Below are positions 16,566-23,787 of a stretch of 34,843 nt of DNA, piece after piece. The notes beneath the pieces are model-generated. The model made no database searches and was not told the DNA's origin. It was given only the letters and a program-made list of their open reading frames with translations. Both the position numbers and the translations under genes were made by a program. This stretch comes from an uncultured Lentisphaerota bacterium. Its GTDB lineage: Bacteria; Verrucomicrobiota; Kiritimatiellia; RFP12; UBA1067. Every line of letters starts with the position of its first letter. Position 1 is the stretch's first letter. The stretch is taken from the NCBI GenBank assembly GCA_900321575.1, contig ONWT01000088.1, positions 1 to 34,843 of the forward strand, written 5' to 3'.

Positions 16566-18475
16566 TGTTTCTTCCGACACTTCTCATCGCCGCGATAACT
16601 GTGGCTCCGGCCGACAGGCTCGCCATGGCCGACAGGCTTTTCAACCGGGGCGCGTATGCCGATGCGCGTGCCGAATACGACGCCATAAGAGGCGAGGGGG
16701 TCTTGCCTTACGACGATTTGCTGTACCGTCTGGCGGAATGCGATCGCGCACTCGGCAAAAACGCCGAAGCGCGGGCCGCTTACGGCGAGCTGCTCGAGAA
16801 GTTTCCGGCTTCGCGGCATGCCGACCGTTCGCGTCTCATGCGCGCGCTTGCCGGCACCGACGACGAAAAGCGCAGCGAACTCAAGGTGTTGGATTCCGAC
16901 AGGGTCGCCGCCGACATAAGATCGGCCGCCCTTTACCACCTAGGCGTGGTGGACGGCGACGTAAAAGCGTTCGAGAAGTGCGTCTCGGTTTCGCCGAAGG
17001 GCAAATACGCCCCGTACGCCAAACTGCGCAGGGCGTCTTTGCTGGCGTCTTCGAAAGACGCGGTCGAGCGGCGTCAGGCCGTAAGGCTTCTGCTCGAAAT
17101 AGCCTTTGGCGACAACGGCGAATTTTCGGAGGAGGCGCTTTATCTGGCCGCCACGACGAGCTACGGCGAGAAACGCTACAACGAGGCCGCGACGCTTTTC
17201 AGGCGCTATATGAAGGGTTATTCCCGCGGCAAGCACATTCGCGACGCCGTCTCCATATGCGCGTGGTGCGAATATCTGAACGGCAAGTACGCCGACACGA
17301 TTTCCCTTTGCGGCGACGGCACGACGGAAGATACGGCGTTTCTTTTGGCGGCCGCGACCCATGCGACAGGGGATATGCCCAAAGCAAAGTCGCTGTTTGA
17401 ATCTTATCTAGAGAAATATCCCCAAGGGCGCTATCGCAAAGATGCCGAACTGCCTATAGCCAGAATCGGGTTTGCGGCCGCCGAAAAGGATGGCGATGCC
17501 GCCAAGGCGCTCGAGTGCGCGCTTCGCGCGGCGGCGATTTCGAATTTGGCGTCCGACCGTTTGCGCGTGGCGTGGGCCTACGAGAAGAGCGGCTCCGTCG
17601 AGGATGCGGAGCGCGAATATATTGCAGTCGCGACGGATTTCCCGTCCACTCCCGAAGCGGCCGAGGCGATGTTCCGAAAGGCTCTTGCCGATTTGCGCGA
17701 AGAAAGGTGGGCCGCGGCCGAGCTTTCGCTCGCCGAGGCGCTTGGCGGCAAGCTCGACCCTCGGCGTCAGGCGGAGGCGCTCTACTGGCGCGGCATTGCG
17801 GCAATCCGCATGGGCCACGAAGAAGAGGGTGTCGTCCATTTGCGCGAAGCGCTCGTGAAAGGTCTTACGCTCGACCAGTCGCGCGAAGCGCGCCTTCTGA
17901 TCGCCGATTGCGACTACAATTCCGGCAGAACACAGGAGGCGAAGAACGCCTACTCGAATCTTGTGAAGGAAGGCGCTGCGGCGAGAATGAGTGCCGCCAA
18001 GACGCTTGCCGTCGGCAAGATGCTCTTTCCAGGCGAAGAAGCCGAGATATGCGCAAGAGCGCTTATAAAGAGCGACGCGGCGGAGTGGCGGCAGGCTGGG
18101 TATGCGCTTCAAGGCGCGGTGGAAGAGGAGGCGAAGTCGTTCTCGGCGGCGATCGATTCGTACAGGAAGTGCATGGCCGAGAATTGCAAGACCGAAGACC
18201 TGCCCCGCGTGGCAGCCCGGCTTGGAGCTCTTGAGGCTGCGAACGGAGAGTGGGACGCGGCCGAGGTCACTCTTTCCCGTGCGGTGGAGCTGAATGTCGA
18301 CGATGTGGAGGCTCGGGCTGAAAGCTATCTGCACCTTGCGGAGGTGTCTGCGGCCAAGGGCAATTCGAAGAATGCGCGGGCCTATGCGACTGTCGTCGCG
18401 ACTCTTTTCGAGGGTACGCCGTTCCGCGCCAAGGCGGAAGAGATATTGAAGTCTCATCCGGAGGTGGCCGAGTGA
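16565..18475 (+). CDS. secreted/periplasmic TPR-repeat protein
   Basis: ATG overlaps the exbD stop. N-terminus MFLPTLLIAAITVAPA is signal-like. Repeated TPR-like A/L/Y/R helical units run through 636 aa. Confidence 0.7.
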   Translation: MFLPTLLIAAITVAPADRLAMADRLFNRGAYADARAEYDAIRGEGVLPYDDLLYRLAECDRALGKNAEARAAYGELLEKFPASRHADRSRLMRALAGTDDEKRSELKVLDSDRVAADIRSAALYHLGVVDGDVKAFEKCVSVSPKGKYAPYAKLRRASLLASSKDAVERRQAVRLLLEIAFGDNGEFSEEALYLAATTSYGEKRYNEAATLFRRYMKGYSRGKHIRDAVSICAWCEYLNGKYADTISLCGDGTTEDTAFLLAAATHATGDMPKAKSLFESYLEKYPQGRYRKDAELPIARIGFAAAEKDGDAAKALECALRAAAISNLASDRLRVAWAYEKSGSVEDAEREYIAVATDFPSTPEAAEAMFRKALADLREERWAAAELSLAEALGGKLDPRRQAEALYWRGIAAIRMGHEEEGVVHLREALVKGLTLDQSREARLLIADCDYNSGRTQEAKNAYSNLVKEGAAARMSAAKTLAVGKMLFPGEEAEICARALIKSDAAEWRQAGYALQGAVEEEAKSFSAAIDSYRKCMAENCKTEDLPRVAARLGALEAANGEWDAAEVTLSRAVELNVDDVEARAESYLHLAEVSAAKGNSKNARAYATVVATLFEGTPFRAKAEEILKSHPEVAE

Positions 18476-20118
18476 GAGAAGGTGTCAAGAGAGATCTTCT
18501 TGTCGCAGCGCTTGCCGTTTCTGCGGCGGTGCATGTCGGCATAATGATGTGGGCTGAGCCGAAAGTCATGACCCATGTTGTGCAGGGGGTCAACCGCGCT
18601 TTGAGGCGGGGCCCGATGGCTGTGAAGCGTGCCGAGGCGCCGGAAGAGCCCGTCAAATTCGAAATTGTGCAGGACATGCCGGCCCAAAAGGAGGCTCCCG
18701 AGGTCGATGAGACCATTGTCGCCGCCCCCGCCCCCGATATGCTGCTGCCGACGCCTGAGGTCGCGTTGCCGATGCCTACGGCGATAGAGGCGCCGAAAAT
18801 CCTGGAGAGATTGCGCCCTGAGGCCGATGCGCCGGTAATCCCGATCGCCAAAGCGGTAGAGTCCGCCGTCAGAGAAGATGCCGTCGTCGCGATGCCTTTC
18901 GACATATATGCGCCGCTTACGGAGATATCCGCAGTCGGCGGAATAGTCTCGAGCGCGCCCGCGACCCCTATCGAAATCGAGGCTCCGGCGATAGAAGATC
19001 CGGGAATGGAATTTGTCGATGAATCTGCTGGCGAAGTGGAGCCGCCCGAGAAAATGGTCGCCGAAGATGAAGAGTCGAAAGACGGCGAGAGCGGGTTTAC
19101 TCCGCTGGAAGAGGTAATGGGCGAGGTCGATGAAGCCGTCGTCGAGCGCGAGAAGGAGGCTGTGCGCGAGCTCATAGATTCCGACGATGCGGTTGAGATG
19201 CACGAGGCCGTGGATGTCGCGGTGGCATGGTGCGAAGGCGGCGACGGCTATACGTATTTCAAGGCCACTGTCTCGCCGAAGCACGATCTTAAGTCCGTGC
19301 CAAAGGACGTGGTGATTCTCATTGATGCCTCCGGTTCAATCGGCGACGACCGCCTTTCGAGTTGCCGCAAGGCGGCGCGCGCCATAATGCGCAGTTGCAT
19401 GAACACAGGCGACCGCTTCAATCTGGTGGCTTTTCGCGACCGTTTTTCGTATGCGTTCCGCACATGGCGCGAATGCGACGCCTCGAGCTTCGCCGATGGC
19501 GACAAGTGGCTGGGCAAGCTTGTCGCGCACGGGCGTACGGATGTCTTCGCGACGATTTCGTCCGTTCTGACGCTTCCGCGAGACCCTAAGCGGCCCTTGG
19601 TCGCGCTCGTAGTCACAGATGGCGACGCGAATGCCGGCGTCAGGGATACGGCCGACATTCTGTCCAAGTTCTCGAAACTTAACGATGGGCTGGTTTCCGT
19701 ATATATGTATGGCGTGAAGGCCAGCGCGAATCGGGAGCTGATTGACGTGCTTACGCGCGGCAATCGCGGCGAAGGATTTATATTCGAAGGGTGGCGGTGG
19801 AAGGCCGGTTCGGAGATCGAGCGCCTTTCCGAGAAGTTTCGTGATCCGCTGATTACCGATTTGCGCGTGGTCTTCCCGTCAAGTTGCCCAGCCGAGGCGT
19901 ATCCGTCGCTTCTCAGAAACGTCTATCGCGGAAACGGCGTTTCGTTCGTGGGGCGCGTGCAGGGGCGCCCGGCCGACATAGCGTTTTCGCTGAAGGGTTT
20001 GGCCGGCGAGACTGCGTATGAGGGTTTCTTCCGCTTGCCGCTCGATTCAGCCCGGAACGACCAGTCGATACCCGGGATGTGGGCGCAAGAGCGTGAAATC
20101 GATATGAAGATACGCTAA
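18472..20118 (+). CDS. TonB-like N-terminal anchor + Pro/Glu-rich spacer + von Willebrand factor A (VWA_3-type) domain protein
   Basis: GTGA overlap with the TPR gene. TM helix LLVAALAVSAAVHVGIMMW carries S-x3-H as in the TonB SHLS motif. The spacer is EAPEEPVKFEIVQDMPAQKEAPEVDETIVAAPAPDMLLPTPEVALPMP. The vWA MIDAS motif is VVILIDASGSIGD with DRFNLVAFRDRF and VTDGDAN. Confidence 0.75.
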   Translation: MREGVKRDLLVAALAVSAAVHVGIMMWAEPKVMTHVVQGVNRALRRGPMAVKRAEAPEEPVKFEIVQDMPAQKEAPEVDETIVAAPAPDMLLPTPEVALPMPTAIEAPKILERLRPEADAPVIPIAKAVESAVREDAVVAMPFDIYAPLTEISAVGGIVSSAPATPIEIEAPAIEDPGMEFVDESAGEVEPPEKMVAEDEESKDGESGFTPLEEVMGEVDEAVVEREKEAVRELIDSDDAVEMHEAVDVAVAWCEGGDGYTYFKATVSPKHDLKSVPKDVVILIDASGSIGDDRLSSCRKAARAIMRSCMNTGDRFNLVAFRDRFSYAFRTWRECDASSFADGDKWLGKLVAHGRTDVFATISSVLTLPRDPKRPLVALVVTDGDANAGVRDTADILSKFSKLNDGLVSVYMYGVKASANRELIDVLTRGNRGEGFIFEGWRWKAGSEIERLSEKFRDPLITDLRVVFPSSCPAEAYPSLLRNVYRGNGVSFVGRVQGRPADIAFSLKGLAGETAYEGFFRLPLDSARNDQSIPGMWAQEREIDMKIR

Positions 20119-20140
20119 CTTCTCAAACGGGCGTCCGCTT

Positions 20141-20920
20141 ATGAAAATAGCTGTCATTGGAAGGGGTCTTATCGGCGGCTCGCTTGCAAAGGCGGCTCTT
20201 CGCGCAGGACATGAGGCCGTTGCGTTCGACAAAGGGGACGACTTCAAAGTGGAAGAGGCCGATATCGTGTTTGTCGCGGTGCCTCCCTCTGCCGTAGTCG
20301 GGGTTGTCGATTCGATAGCGTGCCGTCTGCGCGAAGGAGCGATTGTCGTCGATATGACCGGCGTAAAGGGGTTCGTCTACGAGGCGCTGAAGAAATATGT
20401 GTTCTCAAAGCGGTTCACTTTTGTCGGCGGGCATCCCATGGCCGGCAAGGAAGTGTCCGGTTGGGCCAATTCGTCGCCTGATCTTTTTGACGGCGCATCG
20501 ATGATACTCGTGCCGTATCCTTCATGCGGACGCCTTGTGCTCGACAGGCTGGAGAAGCTTTTTCGCGAATTGGGCTTTGCCAGGACGGTGTTTACCGATC
20601 CGGAGCACCATGACGAGATGATCGCCTTTACGAGCCAGTTGTGCCATCTTGTGTCTTCGGCATATGTCCGCGATGAATTGTCGTCAGGTCATAGCGGCTA
20701 TTCGGCCGGAAGTTTTCGCGATATGGTCCGGGTCGGCGCGCCCGATCCCGATATATGGACCGAACTGTTCATGCTCAATCGCGATGCGCTCAAACCGGTT
20801 CTGGCGCGTTACATCGGGCGGCTTGAAGATTTTCTGGAGGCGCTCGAGGCGGGCGATTCCGCGCGGCTTCACCGCGCTCTCGAACAAGGCGTAATCGCAA
20901 AGGGAAAAATATGCTCATAA
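20141..20920 (+). CDS. tyrA: prephenate dehydrogenase
   Basis: MKIAVIGRGLIGGS Rossmann motif and the GGHPMAGKEVSGW signature. Confidence 0.85.
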   Translation: MKIAVIGRGLIGGSLAKAALRAGHEAVAFDKGDDFKVEEADIVFVAVPPSAVVGVVDSIACRLREGAIVVDMTGVKGFVYEALKKYVFSKRFTFVGGHPMAGKEVSGWANSSPDLFDGASMILVPYPSCGRLVLDRLEKLFRELGFARTVFTDPEHHDEMIAFTSQLCHLVSSAYVRDELSSGHSGYSAGSFRDMVRVGAPDPDIWTELFMLNRDALKPVLARYIGRLEDFLEALEAGDSARLHRALEQGVIAKGKICS

Positions 20921-23787
20921 AAATAGCACTGACTCTCGTTTTTCTGCTCGTAATGGTCGCAGTCGGCGTTTACAGCCGCCGCCATTCGTGCTCTGTTGAC
21001 GGCTTTGTGCTCGGCGGACGCAATGTCGGACCGTGGCTGACGGCCTTTGCCTACGGGACGAGTTATTTTTCCGCCGTTGTCTTTATCGGCTATGCGGGAC
21101 AGTTCGGCTGGAAGTATGGCCTTTCCGCGACATGGATAGGCGTCGGCAATGCCATAATCGGTTCTCTTCTGGCCTGGCTTGTTTTGGGCCGCCGGACGAT
21201 GCAAATGACGCGAAAGCTACAAAGCCGGACAATGCCCGATTTCTTCGGCTCGCGATTCGACAGCGAAGCGCTGCGCGTGGCGGCCTCTGTAATCGCGTTC
21301 GTATTCCTGATTCCCTACACGGCTGGCGTGTACAAAGGCATTTCGACGCTCTTCGAGACCAGTATGCACATACGCTACGAGTATTGCGTAGTGCTCATGG
21401 CGGTGCTTACGGCGCTTTATGTCATACTTGGCGGATACAAGGCCACGGCCATAAACGATTTCATACAGGGCATTGTCATGCTGTTTGGAATAACAGCCGT
21501 GATAGTGACCGTTCTTGGCTTGAAAGGCGGCCTTGTCGAAGCCGTGCACAACCTTGCGCAGATTCGCTCGGATGTAAACCCTGCCGAGTGTGGAGGTTTC
21601 GCGTCGGTGTTTGGGCCTGATCCGCGTGGACTGGTCGGAGTCGTCATACTGACTTCTCTGGGCACCTGGGGTCTGCCTCAGATGGTCAGCAAGTTCTACT
21701 CCATAACCGACGAGAAGGCCATCTACCGCGGAACGATCATATCTACGGTCTTTGCGTTCGCGGTTGCGGGCGGGTGCTATTTTCTCGGCGGTTTCGGAAG
21801 GCTTTTCCCGACGCCTGCGACGTTGGCCAACGGAAAGCTCGATTTCGACTCGATCGTGCCGTCCATGCTGGTGACTCTGCCCGATGTGCTCATTGCGCTT
21901 GTCGTGCTGCTCGTGCTTTCGGCGTCGATGTCGACTCTTGCGTCGCTAGTGCTGACATCCAGTTCGACTCTTACGCTCGATATAATCTATCGCGACAAGA
22001 AATCTTCCTCCGGCGAAGTCGAAGCGGGGCAGATAGACGATTCGGTCGTCGAGAAGATCGAGCGCCGCAAAGTCGTTGTCATGCGCGTGCTGATACTCTT
22101 CTTTATCGCGCTTTCGCTGATGATAGCCCTGAACCCGCCAACATTCATCGCTCAGCTTATGGGTATTTCCTGGGGCGCGCTTGCCGGCGCCTTCCTGGCG
22201 CCGTTTACGCTCGGGTTGTATTGGCGAGGCGTTACCCGCGCTTCGGTCTGGGCTTGCTTCATATGGGGAGTGGGGCTTACGGTCGTCAATATGCTTGCGG
22301 GCAATCCGGTAAATCCGATCGATTGCGGAGCGCTCGCGATGCTGGGCGGTTTTGTTGTCGTGCCTGTCGTGAGCCTGATCAGCCCTCGGTTGCCGGATGG
22401 CGTGGTGAAAGCCGTCTTTGCGGCGACAGCCGTGTTCGCCATGATCCCGCTTTCGGCGATGGCAGATGAGGCCGTTTTGCAAGAGCCCAGAAAAGTCGAT
22501 TTCAACATGGGGGCGGACGTGCGCATCCGCCAAGAGATAATGGGCAATGTGCCCGGCACCCCCGGAGGCGGAGTTCTCTATCCCAGAGTCCGCAGGTCGT
22601 ACTTGAACCAGATGCGCTTCCGTCCGCGCGTCTGGGGCGAGTTGAAGGCTTCCGAAAACTGGCGCCTTTATTTGCGCCTGGCGGACGAGTTTCGCTGGAC
22701 CGTCAAGCCGAGCAACCACAATGCGGCGTTTCCGGACGAACTCGTGCTCGACAATCTCTTCATCGAGGGTGTGGATCTTTTTGACGGATTCGTCGATCTG
22801 AAGATCGGCCGTCAGGATATCTACAATATGTACGGCCTGAACCATGTTTTTGTGGACGGCACGCCTGGCGACGGTTCGCGAACGGTCTATTCCGATGTCG
22901 TCCGCTTCGCGCTCAAGTTCGACGAAGACCAAAGACTTGACGTCTTCGGACTGTACAACTTCGACAAAAACCCTGCGAGATGGGGAACCCGCCGTTCGAA
23001 AAAAGCGCTTGCGGGGCTAGGCGGCGGTGCGGAGCGCGAGATGGACGACTGGGGCTGGGGCGCGGTATGGTCCGGCAAGGCCCTCGACTGGTTGCCCTAT
23101 CAGGTGTTCGCCATGCAGAAGCTGACCAGATCGTTTCACCGTCGCGGCGAAAAGCGTCCTGGCACGCGGCGTGAATTGCTTGGCGTGAAGCTGATGCCGC
23201 AGCTCACGGACGAGATATCCCTTCAACTTGAAGCTATTGGGCAGGTCGGCCGCAACGGTGAAGGTTCGTGGCTCGGCGGGTGGAGCACATATTCGGGGAT
23301 AAACTGGAAATCTTCTGCTGAGAGCGGTCTCAAGCCCTTTGCCGCCGTAGGGTTCCATACCATGAGCGGCGACAAACATGCCGCCAATGAAGATGGCGGA
23401 CACCACGCGTGGGATCCTATGTGGGCGCGCGGAGTGAACGATTCCGAACTGATGCTCTACGGTACGCATTACGGCGTCGCATGGTGGAGCAATATGATGT
23501 ATCTGAAGTTTACTCTTGGCGTGGATATCGCGCCCAAGCACCGCGTCGCCTATGCGACAGGCCCGATGTTCGCCGCGACGCGCGACGGTCTCGGCGGTGG
23601 CAACGGCTCGTTCAAGGGCTATCAGAACCAATTGCGGTACGACTTCCCGCTTTGCACGCTGAACGCCGAGGGACGGCCTCTCGACATCTTCGGCCATGTT
23701 GTCGGCGAGTTGTTCAATCCGGGGGGCTACTTCGAGACGGACAAGCCCGGTTGGTTCGTCCGTTGGGAAGTCGACTTCAAGTTTTGA
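20911..23787 (+). CDS. sodium:solute symporter (SSS family, about 13 TM) continuous in-frame with an outer-membrane beta-barrel module
   Basis: 958-aa ORF with no stop. Residues 1 to about 497 form a normal-length SSS transporter (GGRNVGPWLTAFAYGTSYFSAVVFIGYAG...). Residues from about 498 start with a signal-peptide-like segment and end in ...WEVDFKF. Confidence 0.75.
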   Translation: MLIKIALTLVFLLVMVAVGVYSRRHSCSVDGFVLGGRNVGPWLTAFAYGTSYFSAVVFIGYAGQFGWKYGLSATWIGVGNAIIGSLLAWLVLGRRTMQMTRKLQSRTMPDFFGSRFDSEALRVAASVIAFVFLIPYTAGVYKGISTLFETSMHIRYEYCVVLMAVLTALYVILGGYKATAINDFIQGIVMLFGITAVIVTVLGLKGGLVEAVHNLAQIRSDVNPAECGGFASVFGPDPRGLVGVVILTSLGTWGLPQMVSKFYSITDEKAIYRGTIISTVFAFAVAGGCYFLGGFGRLFPTPATLANGKLDFDSIVPSMLVTLPDVLIALVVLLVLSASMSTLASLVLTSSSTLTLDIIYRDKKSSSGEVEAGQIDDSVVEKIERRKVVVMRVLILFFIALSLMIALNPPTFIAQLMGISWGALAGAFLAPFTLGLYWRGVTRASVWACFIWGVGLTVVNMLAGNPVNPIDCGALAMLGGFVVVPVVSLISPRLPDGVVKAVFAATAVFAMIPLSAMADEAVLQEPRKVDFNMGADVRIRQEIMGNVPGTPGGGVLYPRVRRSYLNQMRFRPRVWGELKASENWRLYLRLADEFRWTVKPSNHNAAFPDELVLDNLFIEGVDLFDGFVDLKIGRQDIYNMYGLNHVFVDGTPGDGSRTVYSDVVRFALKFDEDQRLDVFGLYNFDKNPARWGTRRSKKALAGLGGGAEREMDDWGWGAVWSGKALDWLPYQVFAMQKLTRSFHRRGEKRPGTRRELLGVKLMPQLTDEISLQLEAIGQVGRNGEGSWLGGWSTYSGINWKSSAESGLKPFAAVGFHTMSGDKHAANEDGGHHAWDPMWARGVNDSELMLYGTHYGVAWWSNMMYLKFTLGVDIAPKHRVAYATGPMFAATRDGLGGGNGSFKGYQNQLRYDFPLCTLNAEGRPLDIFGHVVGELFNPGGYFETDKPGWFVRWEVDFKF
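22405..23787 (+). CDS. candidate independent outer-membrane beta-barrel protein (alginate-export/porin-like) from an internal GTG start
   Basis: GTG at 22402 or 22405 is followed by KAVFAATAVFAMIPLSAMA|DEA, a classic n-h-c signal with an AxA site. Alternating amphipathic strands follow (DVRIRQE, MRFRPRVWGEL, WRLYLRLADEFRW), ending in a C-terminal Phe. The GTGA at 22405-22408 resembles the gene junctions used elsewhere in this window. Confidence 0.5.
   Translation: MKAVFAATAVFAMIPLSAMADEAVLQEPRKVDFNMGADVRIRQEIMGNVPGTPGGGVLYPRVRRSYLNQMRFRPRVWGELKASENWRLYLRLADEFRWTVKPSNHNAAFPDELVLDNLFIEGVDLFDGFVDLKIGRQDIYNMYGLNHVFVDGTPGDGSRTVYSDVVRFALKFDEDQRLDVFGLYNFDKNPARWGTRRSKKALAGLGGGAEREMDDWGWGAVWSGKALDWLPYQVFAMQKLTRSFHRRGEKRPGTRRELLGVKLMPQLTDEISLQLEAIGQVGRNGEGSWLGGWSTYSGINWKSSAESGLKPFAAVGFHTMSGDKHAANEDGGHHAWDPMWARGVNDSELMLYGTHYGVAWWSNMMYLKFTLGVDIAPKHRVAYATGPMFAATRDGLGGGNGSFKGYQNQLRYDFPLCTLNAEGRPLDIFGHVVGELFNPGGYFETDKPGWFVRWEVDFKF

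Noticed and set aside
23409-23786. Upstream extensions of track ORFs: 23409 for bioWF, 10753 for the membrane protein, 14901 for tsaB, 8507 for rpsD, 16523 for the TPR gene
   Set aside because: Each extension overlaps the 3-prime end of the preceding well-supported gene. Each contains an internal ATG/GTG at a canonical overlap junction, after which the recognisable protein begins.
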